Counted from the stretch's first letter, positions 27,267-36,487 are shown. The stretch: DNA of 62,344 nt from Candidatus Bathyarchaeota archaeon (GCA_018396655.1 JAGTQF010000005.1:1-62344); one strand, 5' to 3'. The notes: a model not told the origin generated them from the sequence alone. Made by a program: numbers and translations.

Positions 27267-29534
27267 CTAGGACTCCTCTGCGAGGATTCTATCCACCACG
27301 AACTGCCTTAGATCTTTAGATAGGCTAGCGAAGTAAGCGCTGAAGCCCGTTACACGCACTATCAGATCAGGATACTTTGATGGGTCCTTATGGGCTTCAA
27401 GTATCTTCTCTTTATCAATAACATTCATGTTAATCATTGTTCCACCCAGCTTGAAATGTCCAAGTATTAAGGCTTTAACGATCTCTTTGCCATTTTTTCC
27501 TCTGAAAACTGTTGGATCAATGTCTAATTGTAATGGCGCCGTGTTTCCATAACCACATTGTATTGCCGCGACAGCTATGGCTAGTGATGTTGGGGTGCCA
27601 CCAAACCCCGGCTCGGGATTAGCCCCCTGCGATATCGGTGCGCCTGCGCGCCGCCCGTTCGGTGTCGCACCAACCCTTTGGCCCATGGAGAGCATGCTTG
27701 CCCAGGAAAAGAGCCCTGGAATAATGTTGTATCCTTTAGGCGTCGGCTTCTCTTTAACCAGTCGAACAAATGTTTTAGCGATTTTAACCGCCCATTCATC
27801 GGCGTGAGTCCCGCCTTGTCCATAGTGCGGTATGTTACGCAGCATTAACCGGATATATTCATTCCTAAAGTTGTTTTTAAGCTCCTCGGCGAGCTCCCTC
27901 CACGAAATCCTTTTCTCTTTTTCTACCCTTAATTCTATGGCAGCGAAAGAGTCGGCTACGGTGCCTATGCCGGCCCCATCTAGACATAAATTATAGTATT
28001 CGACTCCTCCGTGAGATGCATCTAGACCTTTCTCTATCGGGCCGTAGCAGAGAAGATCTAATACTAGCTCGGGGAAAACCTTATGCATATTTTCCATGTG
28101 AAAATCTAAACCTTCTCGAACAATATCTATCGCTTTTCTTAAATGTGTCTCGAATCGGCTCCATAGCTCCTCAACGCTCGGATTAACGTTCGGATCACTC
28201 ATCATTTCCCAAAATGCAACCTCGAAGACTTTAGCAAAATTAATTTTGACGCAGTCTTGTAAGGCGTATTCTTTTCCCGGAATAGCAAACCAGTGACAAC
28301 CAGAGTAGGCTCTTTCACGTGCAAGCTCAACTGAATAACCGTTCCTCATAAAGCCCTCTATTAATGCGTCGCCGCCCAGGAATTTCGGGAAACCCATCTT
28401 ATCTTCAAGCATTATTTCTATGCCTCTGTCCAAGAGCCTTGGATCTAAACCCTCCCAAACAAATATCCCTATATTAGCTGGCGCTTTAAGTCTGTGAACA
28501 GCCTCTAAGACAAGATATGAGAGCTTATTTGTGACATCTTTACCGCTAGCATCCGGTCCGCCAAGCTGATAGTATTGTGTATCATTTAAAAACAGGCATG
28601 CGAGGTGGAAAATGGCTTCTTCATCAGTTAATATGCCGGCGGCCACATCACGCTCATAGAATGGTTTAAGCCACACGTCGATTCTCCCCATAGAGCCGCT
28701 TCCATTATACATTCGGGCAATCATTTGATACCAAGCTGTCCACTGGCAAGCTTCCCAGAATGTTCTAGGCGGCTCATTAATTAACCGCTCATTTATATCG
28801 GCCAGATCTTTTAAGTTCCTGCGTAAAGTTGGGTTTCTCTCTTTCTCAGCGAGCTCCCTAGCCGCCTTAACATGTCTAGCTATCCATTCCTGAACCCCGA
28901 TAACTACGCTCTCCAATCCGTCGTAGAATTCTGCTGCCTGAGGATTAATCTCCCGATAATAGCGTATTTTCCTCAGTAATCCTCCCCAACCAAGGCTGAA
29001 GCCTATCTGCATATCTTGGCAGAAATGCTGAACTGCGCCTACGCCTGGGTAAATATCGTATTTGCTCCAAGCCTCCACTAAATGCTGTGGTGGGGAAAGA
29101 TCCGGATTCCAATGCGGGTCTCGGTAGCTCATAAAATAGGCCATATAGCCGCCAAGAATAGAGCTAAAAGGATTGATGTAAACCGGATGCGAGGAAAGAA
29201 ACAATCTGAAGTTTTCTCCGCAAATCTTCGGCCCAAAAAACCCTCCACTCGGGTGATTGCTTATAGGCTTAAAGTTATTTAATTTCACATCTCTAACCGG
29301 TTCACCTGAAGGCCCCATGTACTCGACTATTTCTCTGAGCTCGGGTGGTGGAAGAAGTCTCCCGTGATCATCCTGGTCCATAATGCCAATAACTTTCTGT
29401 TTCTCATGAGTATGCTTCATCTTTATCTCTCGTAGAATCTCCAATCGTTCACTGAAAGTTAGCTCCTCATTTAGTTTATTCAGCCTTTCTAAAAATGTAC
29501 TGGGGTCCTCATAAATAATGAGGTTACTTTCCAT
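27267..29534 (-). CDS. glycyl radical enzyme (PFL-like, substrate unknown)
   Basis: 755 aa. C-terminal TPNGRRAGAPISQGANP ... LIVRVTGFSAYF glycine-radical motif. Cys loop candidate YSGC(413)HWFAIPG lies ~317 aa upstream of the radical Gly. Confidence 0.9.
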   Translation of the reverse strand: MESNLIIYEDPSTFLERLNKLNEELTFSERLEILREIKMKHTHEKQKVIGIMDQDDHGRLLPPPELREIVEYMGPSGEPVRDVKLNNFKPISNHPSGGFFGPKICGENFRLFLSSHPVYINPFSSILGGYMAYFMSYRDPHWNPDLSPPQHLVEAWSKYDIYPGVGAVQHFCQDMQIGFSLGWGGLLRKIRYYREINPQAAEFYDGLESVVIGVQEWIARHVKAARELAEKERNPTLRRNLKDLADINERLINEPPRTFWEACQWTAWYQMIARMYNGSGSMGRIDVWLKPFYERDVAAGILTDEEAIFHLACLFLNDTQYYQLGGPDASGKDVTNKLSYLVLEAVHRLKAPANIGIFVWEGLDPRLLDRGIEIMLEDKMGFPKFLGGDALIEGFMRNGYSVELARERAYSGCHWFAIPGKEYALQDCVKINFAKVFEVAFWEMMSDPNVNPSVEELWSRFETHLRKAIDIVREGLDFHMENMHKVFPELVLDLLCYGPIEKGLDASHGGVEYYNLCLDGAGIGTVADSFAAIELRVEKEKRISWRELAEELKNNFRNEYIRLMLRNIPHYGQGGTHADEWAVKIAKTFVRLVKEKPTPKGYNIIPGLFSWASMLSMGQRVGATPNGRRAGAPISQGANPEPGFGGTPTSLAIAVAAIQCGYGNTAPLQLDIDPTVFRGKNGKEIVKALILGHFKLGGTMINMNVIDKEKILEAHKDPSKYPDLIVRVTGFSAYFASLSKDLRQFVVDRILAEES

Positions 29535-29575
29535 TCGACTTAGCCATCTCCTATATATTATATATTTGTTTCCAT

Positions 29576-30451
29576 TTAGAGCTTCAGAAGTCTTTCAGCA
29601 TTCTTATAAAGAATTCTTTCGTATGCTTTCTCGCTTAAATTCATCCTTTCCAAAATATTGTGAATCTCAATTTTCTGTGACTTTAGGAGGAGATCGGTTC
29701 CAAAGAGAAGCTTTAAGCTGTTTCTCTCTAAGAATTCTCTTGCGTACTCAGGGTCACGGCTGAGGGCGTTTTCTCCGGAATTAGCGGATAAGTCGGCATA
29801 AACATTATTGTATGTCTGTAGCAAATATTCCACTTTCCCACCGGGTTTTATTGGTCCGCTTGGATAACCACTTTTATCGCTTGGCTTCACATCGGCTGAT
29901 ATTTCAGCCCACCAATGGGGGCCATGTGCAACAAAAATAGTTTTGCTGTAAATTTTAATAATTTTCTCAAATTTTGGCAAGCCGATGTCATCGATACAAC
30001 GGTATGCGTCAAAGTGCATGACTATAGGTATGTTGAGTTCGCCAGCAGCCCTATAAATCTTCTGCATCCTATAATCATCTACTTCGAGGCCAGCCAATAG
30101 CTCTCCAAATCCTCTGCACCCCTTAGACACGTAATCCTCGATTATTGGATATGGATCGAATTTGTCCGGGTCACCCCTCCGCGGATCCACGTTACAGAAA
30201 GGTATGAGCCTATCCTTATACCTTTTAATGGCCCTTAAAACGCTGCTGGTGGTTGAGTAGAAGTCTGTTTCCTCAGGATTTTCGAGTGGAAGGACGCATG
30301 CTATGCTTATTCCCAGCTCATCCATCCTCTTTAGGAGATCTTTTGCGGTAAATTTGGGATACGTTCTCCATAGCTTTCCTATGTGGGTGTGAAAATCTAT
30401 AACTTTATACCTTGAGATGAGACTACCGCCCGATGTTTTTGACATAGACAT
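29576..30451 (-). CDS. amidohydrolase_2-type metal-dependent TIM-barrel hydrolase/decarboxylase
   Basis: 291 aa. VIDFHTHIG N-terminal metal motif, VAHGPHWW, LFGTD near the C-terminus. Confidence 0.7.
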   Translation of the reverse strand: MSMSKTSGGSLISRYKVIDFHTHIGKLWRTYPKFTAKDLLKRMDELGISIACVLPLENPEETDFYSTTSSVLRAIKRYKDRLIPFCNVDPRRGDPDKFDPYPIIEDYVSKGCRGFGELLAGLEVDDYRMQKIYRAAGELNIPIVMHFDAYRCIDDIGLPKFEKIIKIYSKTIFVAHGPHWWAEISADVKPSDKSGYPSGPIKPGGKVEYLLQTYNNVYADLSANSGENALSRDPEYAREFLERNSLKLLFGTDLLLKSQKIEIHNILERMNLSEKAYERILYKNAERLLKL

Positions 30452-30577
30452 GCGCGACCCTGAACTTTATTAGTATTGAAATATTGGAAAAGGCTTATAA
30501 TATTTTAACAATTTGTTTCCTAGAATATTTCAATCCACCTTAAAATTTAAGTATAATTTGCAGGATATCTTTTTCAT

Positions 30578-32107
30578 ATGTATTTTAAGTCTCCATTTTA
30601 CTCTATGAGCGGTGTTGTGTCATCTGAGCATCCTTTAGCTTCTATGGTTGGCGCCAGCGTTTTAAAAGAGGGTAATGCTGTAGATGCTACTGTATCCATA
30701 GGCTTTTCTTTAAGCGTTGTTCTGCCACATCTATCTGGGCTTGGCGGAGACTTTTTCGCTTTAGTAATGGATCCGAATGGCCGCGTACACTTTCTTAACG
30801 GTAGTGGCTATGCTCCTGGGAAACTTACGCTGGATTTTATGCGGAGACTGGGCTTCTCCTCCATGCCATCTCACGGCGTATATTCTATATCCATCCCTGG
30901 GATGGTTGACGGCCTATATAAGTTGTGGAGGCGGTTCGGAAGCCTAGATTGGAGTAAGCTCGTACTTCCAGCAATTAAAATCGCTTATGGTTTCCCAGCA
31001 ACTAAAAGTTTGTGTGAAGCCATAAGCAATCTCAAAGATGAACTTATGAAAGATAGAGGTTCAAGGGAAACATACCTCTCAGGCAACAAAGTTCCAAGTG
31101 AAGGCGACATAATTTCATTTAAGGGTCTTGCTAAGGCTCTAGAAATGGTGAGCTCGGATCCAAGAAGCTTTTATGAGGGTGAGATCGCTGAAAGCATTGT
31201 GGACTATGTTAATTCTCTCGGTGGCGTATTAGAGTTAGAGGACTTTAAAAGATATAGCAGTGAGTTTGGGGATCCGCTATCGATTGAGTATCGGGGTAAA
31301 AGAGTCTATGAGATGCCCCCTAACGCTCAGGGAATAACAACGCTACATATTTTAAGGCTTTTAGAAGACTTAGATCTGAAGGAGATTCCGCCTAACTCTA
31401 TGCGTCGAATCAAAATTATGGTAGATAATGCGAAGGTTGCATACGGCGTTAGAGATATGTATGTTACAGATCCGAGATATATGAATTTAAGGGGACATGA
31501 TCTTCTGAGCGATGATTTTATAGGGCGCATGAGGAACAGCATGTTAAGGGTTAATGAGAAAAGTATTAACGGCGCTGACACCACCTTCTTTGCTGTGGCT
31601 GACGATGGCTGGCTTGTAGCAGCTATTCAGAGCATCTTCCATAATTTTGGCTCCTATATTACTGAGCCAAAATTCAATATCACTTTAAACTCCCGTGCTT
31701 CTTCCTTCTCTCTGGATGAAGAGCACATTAACAGGCTTGAACCCTACAAGAAAACGTTACACACTCTTTCCGCAGTGATACTTGAGTGTAGTGAAAGGCT
31801 TATGGCTATAGGTATATCGGGCGGGCATTATAGGCCACTATTCCACAGCCAACTAATAACTAATATCATTGACTACGGATTTCACCCTCAAGAAGCTATA
31901 GAGTATCCTAGGTTTAGGTGGAATCCCGGCACTAATCTAGTGGAATGCGAGGAGGGATATGACAATCATCCTATAGCAGGGTATGAAGTGAGGAAATTAC
32001 CTTATCCAGCTAGGATGGGTGTGGCAGCTATAGTTGAAATTAAAGAGAGGCTTAGGGCCGGATACGCAGATACTCGCGGAGACGGATTACCAATAGGAAT
32101 AATTTAA
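30578..32107 (+). CDS. gamma-glutamyltransferase-family Ntn hydrolase
   Basis: 509 aa. GGNAVDA-like EGNAVDATV, GLGGDFFAL, autoprocessing site GADTTFFAVAD. Confidence 0.85.
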   Translation: MYFKSPFYSMSGVVSSEHPLASMVGASVLKEGNAVDATVSIGFSLSVVLPHLSGLGGDFFALVMDPNGRVHFLNGSGYAPGKLTLDFMRRLGFSSMPSHGVYSISIPGMVDGLYKLWRRFGSLDWSKLVLPAIKIAYGFPATKSLCEAISNLKDELMKDRGSRETYLSGNKVPSEGDIISFKGLAKALEMVSSDPRSFYEGEIAESIVDYVNSLGGVLELEDFKRYSSEFGDPLSIEYRGKRVYEMPPNAQGITTLHILRLLEDLDLKEIPPNSMRRIKIMVDNAKVAYGVRDMYVTDPRYMNLRGHDLLSDDFIGRMRNSMLRVNEKSINGADTTFFAVADDGWLVAAIQSIFHNFGSYITEPKFNITLNSRASSFSLDEEHINRLEPYKKTLHTLSAVILECSERLMAIGISGGHYRPLFHSQLITNIIDYGFHPQEAIEYPRFRWNPGTNLVECEEGYDNHPIAGYEVRKLPYPARMGVAAIVEIKERLRAGYADTRGDGLPIGII

Positions 32108-32113
32108 AGAAGC

Positions 32114-33250
32114 CTAAATCTCTGCATTTGGAGGCACAAATCTTCTGAGTTTCTGAAGCATGCTTAAGCGTTCTTTGTCACCTAGTCTAGCCTTTTCAAC
32201 AGCTTCCTTCAGTATCCTTATTGACTCATCCATAGCTCTCCTATTGACTGGATATGGGACGCCATCTTTTCCGCCGTAAGCGAAGGAGTATTTAACTGGA
32301 TCCTTCCAGCTCGGCTTATCGCCATATATTATCTCGGCTACGAGTGCCAAACCCCTAACCGTTGACGGTCCTATACCCTTGATGTTAAGGAGCTCTTCAT
32401 AATTCCTTGGCTGTATCTCGTAAGCCCTCTTTAAAGCCTTCCAATTTATTGTTAGCGGCATTTTGAGGAAATCTGCGATGTAATCTTTATTCTCTTTGGC
32501 TGGTATGTCTGCCATCCATTCCTGAAGTGATCTTTGGCATGCTGGACGTATCATTTCAATCATCCTAGCAACCTTCTCAGGCCTCTCTTTAGCTATATCA
32601 ACCGACGTTTTCCGGCAGCTCTCGCTCTCCTTAGCAGTCATATCTAAGACCAGCGGACGTTTAACATCTCCAACTATGGCGTTATGCGGCTCAACAACGA
32701 AACTCTCTACGTTGTCTGAGAGCCAGTGATATCTCCGCGCAGTCCTGTCATTTACATTCATGCCCTGCTGTATTACAGCCCATTTACCATCCTCAGATAG
32801 GAAAAACGCGTGATGGTAGAGAGGATAACCTGCCTGTATCGCTGTGTTATCAATCTTTGCACTCATCCTGCTTGCATACTGCAGGCTCTCTATCTTTTTA
32901 GATGATAGGTTGAATGTTTCCCCGACCTTAACTATCTCCGAGAGCGTCTCTCTTGATGCTTTACCTTTACCACCGCAGACAGCTATGCCTAAATCCCCAT
33001 CCTTTAGCGCTGTTTTAAGCACTCCTGTAACGACCGTTGTTACGCCCGAAGAATGCCAATCGTAGCCTAAGACGCAGCCGAAAGCCTGAAACCAGTATGG
33101 ATCTGAAACTCTCTGGAGAAAAGTATTCTGCCCATATTCATAAACAATTATTGCAACTATTTCTTTTGCCAGCTTTATCATTCGCTCAACTAGCCACTGG
33201 GGAGCCTTACCATCATGAAGTGGCAGCTCGCTAAAACCTGTTCTCTTCAA
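32114..33250 (-). CDS. DUF763-family protein with helix-hairpin-helix motif
   Basis: 378 aa. N-terminal ELPLHDGKAPQWLVERM as I recall for DUF763. HhH LLNIKGIGPSTVRGLALVAEII. Confidence 0.55.
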   Translation of the reverse strand: MKRTGFSELPLHDGKAPQWLVERMIKLAKEIVAIIVYEYGQNTFLQRVSDPYWFQAFGCVLGYDWHSSGVTTVVTGVLKTALKDGDLGIAVCGGKGKASRETLSEIVKVGETFNLSSKKIESLQYASRMSAKIDNTAIQAGYPLYHHAFFLSEDGKWAVIQQGMNVNDRTARRYHWLSDNVESFVVEPHNAIVGDVKRPLVLDMTAKESESCRKTSVDIAKERPEKVARMIEMIRPACQRSLQEWMADIPAKENKDYIADFLKMPLTINWKALKRAYEIQPRNYEELLNIKGIGPSTVRGLALVAEIIYGDKPSWKDPVKYSFAYGGKDGVPYPVNRRAMDESIRILKEAVEKARLGDKERLSMLQKLRRFVPPNAEI

Positions 33251-33315
33251 TTACATCACTATACGTGGGCTTTTCACCCTACTGAAAGTGTATTTGTCAG
33301 AGCAGGCTTAAATAG

Positions 33316-33786
33316 TTATTTTCTTAGAAGTTTTCCCTCCCGATCTATTTCGCCACGCCTGATCCTCGTCGTTGATATCGGAATGTTATCCTCGGCGGGA
33401 ACCATATCTATAACTATTATTTCTAGCGGTTTAAGACCGTTCTTCATCCTCACCGCGTTTATCTCTCTGGCCCTGGCCTCGGTCTCCCTACTAACAACAA
33501 TAGCCTCCATCTCAGGGCTCGTCGCAGCTGGCCCATAGGGGTCAGATAGCGGGATTATTTTCGCCCGCTCATAGACGCCCAGCTCCTTAAGAAACTTCTT
33601 GATCTCATCGGCTCTACTCTCATATGGTGCAATCTCATGGTTCTTACGCAGCTTTTTAGCAAAATCATCTGTGCAGAGCCCTATCCAGACATTTTCACCA
33701 TACTTAAATGCTGTGGTGAGCAGGACCTTATGCCCCCTATGGAGCTCATCAAATGTTCCGCCTACAGCAACAACTTTAAACATCAT
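33316..33786 (-). CDS. coaD: archaeal-type phosphopantetheine adenylyltransferase (cytidylyltransferase fold)
   Basis: 156 aa. VAVGGTFDELHRGHKVLL nucleotidyltransferase motif and ISTTRIR near the C-terminus. Confidence 0.75.
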   Translation of the reverse strand: MMFKVVAVGGTFDELHRGHKVLLTTAFKYGENVWIGLCTDDFAKKLRKNHEIAPYESRADEIKKFLKELGVYERAKIIPLSDPYGPAATSPEMEAIVVSRETEARAREINAVRMKNGLKPLEIIVIDMVPAEDNIPISTTRIRRGEIDREGKLLRK

Positions 33787-33790
33787 TTTC

Positions 33791-34555
33791 TCATCGCTCC
33801 TGTTGCTCAGTAACTGCGGCTAGAGGCTTTATGGGGTTTAGCGATGGGAATGCTTTGAAGCAAACCCTCAGTATTGGCGGCCCAAGTATTATGAGGAAGG
33901 GTATTTCAGTTGCAAATGTCCATACTAGCCATATTAACGCTCCATACAGTGGTATCTGGAAGCCTCCTCCAACCGCCGGCGGCAGAATAAATATTTGGCT
34001 ATAAGCCCAGACAACGAAGCCTATTATCGTGCTCCCAACGCCTAAACCAGTTATTGACGCTATGCCATAGCTCCTCCACCGAGGCCACAGCTGGCCTATA
34101 ACCACCATTAAAATGTAGCTTGCTATTAGGAGCCCTATAAATAGTATCGCAGCTTCAAGCGAAACGTGCGTTAGGAGAATATACTCTAACACGGGGAGCG
34201 TGGATAAAAGTACTATGCTAGTTATGGCCAAGGTTTTAGCCCAATCCAAACTTCTCCTAGAAATATACCCTACTAGATAAAAGCCGATGAAGTTTGATGT
34301 GACTCCGGCTGAAAGGCTAAGCAATGGATCTCCATGTATCGCCATATCGCTCAAGAATATTCCTATGGCCGCACCCAAACCCCCGACAAGCGGCCCAAAA
34401 AGAACCGCGAAAACGGCTGGTATGACGACAGATGGCCAAAATCTAACCACTCCAACGCCCGGCGTGGTTATTGGTGCCAAGGAATAAATCATGTAGCCGA
34501 CGGCCCCATAAAGAACGCCACATACAGCACTTGCGATAACTTTAATCGCCTTCAT
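33791..34555 (-). CDS. polytopic membrane protein, ECF S-component-like (putative vitamin/precursor transporter)
   Basis: 254 aa, ~6-7 TM. RFWPSVVIPAVFAVLFGPLVGGLGAAIGIFLSDM resembles the S-component signature region. 4-nt gap to coaD. Confidence 0.45.
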   Translation of the reverse strand: MKAIKVIASAVCGVLYGAVGYMIYSLAPITTPGVGVVRFWPSVVIPAVFAVLFGPLVGGLGAAIGIFLSDMAIHGDPLLSLSAGVTSNFIGFYLVGYISRRSLDWAKTLAITSIVLLSTLPVLEYILLTHVSLEAAILFIGLLIASYILMVVIGQLWPRWRSYGIASITGLGVGSTIIGFVVWAYSQIFILPPAVGGGFQIPLYGALIWLVWTFATEIPFLIILGPPILRVCFKAFPSLNPIKPLAAVTEQQER

Positions 34556-34772
34556 AGTGATCCGGGCCTCTAGCCTTTTTTGTAGTGATGATACGCCATT
34601 TATAGAGATAAGATTTTTGTATAAAGTGTTTAAACATATTCTAACTTAACACAATCCGCACAAATCTGCTGAGATGGAGGTCAACGTACCGTGAAGATAA
34701 AGCCTTAAAGCCTAAAAGTTTTTATTTTAGGAATTTAAGCAGGCAGATAGTTTTCGTTCCGGGGCTAGATCT

Positions 34773-35630
34773 ATGATATTAGGCTTAGATGTGGGCGCCA
34801 GCTTCGCCAAAGCGATTCTCGTAGACGAGAATCTTAAGATCATTGAGAAGCAAATTCTGCCAGTGGAAGACCTGAAGACTGCGGCTCTAAGAACCCTAAA
34901 CTCCTTCATTAGGAAAATTGATGAGGAACTTAGAGGTCGAATAGGGGTTGTTGCGGCGTCGGGCGGGGGCTCAAGGTTTATTGGTGAAGAAGCCTTCGGT
35001 TTACCAGTTAAGCGAATAGATGAGATAACTGCTATAGGTCTAGGGGGCCTACTGCTGGCTAATAGGGATGAGGGTTTGGTTGTCAGCGCCGGGACCGGGA
35101 CCGCTATCGTTGCCGTATATAATGGTGGAAGAACTATTAAGCACGTGGGTGGAACCGGTGTCGGCGGAGGCACAGTTCTCGGCCTTTCACGGAGACTTTT
35201 AGGCTTATCCATCTTTGAAGACCTAGAGAATATGGCTTTAAAGGGGGATGCTGGGAGAGTTGATTTAACCGTCGGAGATATAGTTGGCGGGCCGATAGGT
35301 ATTATTCCAGCGGACGCAACAGCCTCAAACCTTGGGAAATTAACATGCAAGTCTAAAGCCGAAGATGTTGCCGCAGGGATCTTTAATATGGTTTCGCAGA
35401 CGATAGGGGTTTTAGCGGCCATGGCTGCCAAAGCATATGATCTGGAGAACAGCATAATTCTCGTCGGGATGCTTCCCAAAAGTAAAATAGTGTCCAAGAT
35501 AATATGTGAAACTATTAAGATGTTCGGCGCAGAAGTAGTCGTGCCCGGCGACTGCGAATATGCCAGTGCGCTTGGCGCCGCCGCATCAATCTATCGGCAA
35601 TTTGATAGCCTTCATGCCCAAACTCGCTGA
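34773..35630 (+). CDS. coaW: type II pantothenate kinase-like (actin-fold ASKHA kinase)
   Basis: 285 aa. Collinear by eye with S. aureus type II PanK: GLDVGASFAKA, ASGGGS, EITAIGLGG, VSAGTGTAIV...VGGTGVGGGTVLGLSRRLL, GDAGRVDLTVGDI, ASALGAA. Confidence 0.75.
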   Translation: MILGLDVGASFAKAILVDENLKIIEKQILPVEDLKTAALRTLNSFIRKIDEELRGRIGVVAASGGGSRFIGEEAFGLPVKRIDEITAIGLGGLLLANRDEGLVVSAGTGTAIVAVYNGGRTIKHVGGTGVGGGTVLGLSRRLLGLSIFEDLENMALKGDAGRVDLTVGDIVGGPIGIIPADATASNLGKLTCKSKAEDVAAGIFNMVSQTIGVLAAMAAKAYDLENSIILVGMLPKSKIVSKIICETIKMFGAEVVVPGDCEYASALGAAASIYRQFDSLHAQTR

Positions 35631-35706
35631 GGAAAGCATAGGCGTAAAGTTTAAAAGTTTAGTCATATTGAATTCTTCGATGTTTAATTAGAGGTGAATT
35701 CGGCTT

Positions 35707-36249
35707 TTGACCCTTAACACGCTGCTTGAAAGGAAAACCCAAGTACTTATTGAGCTAAGAAACTATAAAGTTCTAGGAAGGGAGGAAGTTAAGGATGGCA
35801 TACTGACCGAGGTTGAGGATGTCGAGGGGAAGAAGATACTTATCTGGACAACCTCGATAACCGATGCTATAGGCGTTAAACATGTTAATCAAATGGCGAA
35901 ATATATGAGCTCAAAAAATATTGAGAACGGCATAATAGTCAGCGAAAAATACACGCAGTCAGCCAAATCCCTAGCTCGAAAAAACAATATTGAGCTAATT
36001 CCACAAGATTTTCCATCATTTAACATATTTAAGCACTATCTAGTTCCAAAGCATGAAGTCCTCTCACCTGAGGAGAGAAAGGTCGTTTTAGAGAAGTATC
36101 GTATTGAACCATACAAGCTGCCGCGCATAAAAACCTCTGATCCAATTATACGGGTTATTGGGGCGAAGCCCGGCGACATAGTGAAGATAACTAGGCGCAG
36201 TCCAACGGCCGGAGAGAGCGTCTACTACCGTTATGTTGTCGAAGGTTGA
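35707..36249 (+). CDS. rpoH: RNA polymerase subunit H/Rpb5 homologue with ~100-aa N-terminal extension
   Basis: 180 aa, TTG start. The C-terminal [69 protein letters not shown] is classic RpoH. Confidence 0.85.
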   Translation: MTLNTLLERKTQVLIELRNYKVLGREEVKDGILTEVEDVEGKKILIWTTSITDAIGVKHVNQMAKYMSSKNIENGIIVSEKYTQSAKSLARKNNIELIPQDFPSFNIFKHYLVPKHEVLSPEERKVVLEKYRIEPYKLPRIKTSDPIIRVIGAKPGDIVKITRRSPTAGESVYYRYVVEG

Positions 36250-36250
36250 A

Positions 36251-36487
36251 TTAAATAAGCTTACCCTTAGCCTTCCCCCTCAGCTCATATAATATGACTA
36301 GAGCTTCTCCTAGAGGAATACCTAGCCTCGCAGCAAGCTCTCTAGGCGATATTTCAGGCTTCTCTCGAAGTATCTTCTCCTCAACATAGGTCTTATGGTA
36401 CCTGTACATTATCATTGAATGGACTGTTTCGACAAGTATAGGCCATAATGGGTCATTCACATACTTACTCAGATCATCCTCCTCCAT
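36251..36487 (-). CDS. small hypothetical protein with C-terminal HTH-like segment
   Basis: 78 aa. ISPRELAARLGIPLGEALVILYEL. Confidence 0.35.
   Translation of the reverse strand: MEEDDLSKYVNDPLWPILVETVHSMIMYRYHKTYVEEKILREKPEISPRELAARLGIPLGEALVILYELRGKAKGKLI

Noticed and set aside
34585-34672. Possible C/D-box sRNA (GTGATGA at 34585-34591, CTGA at 34669-34672) in the intergenic region upstream of the PanK-like gene
   Set aside because: The boxes are 88 nt apart, which is long for archaeal C/D sRNAs. I could not find internal D'/C' boxes and there is no terminal complementary stem. It is probably chance.
34727-35497. 256-aa minus-strand ORF
   Set aside because: It is entirely antisense to the well-supported PanK-like gene, and its Ala/Pro/Ser/Thr-rich low-complexity composition is typical of shadow ORFs.
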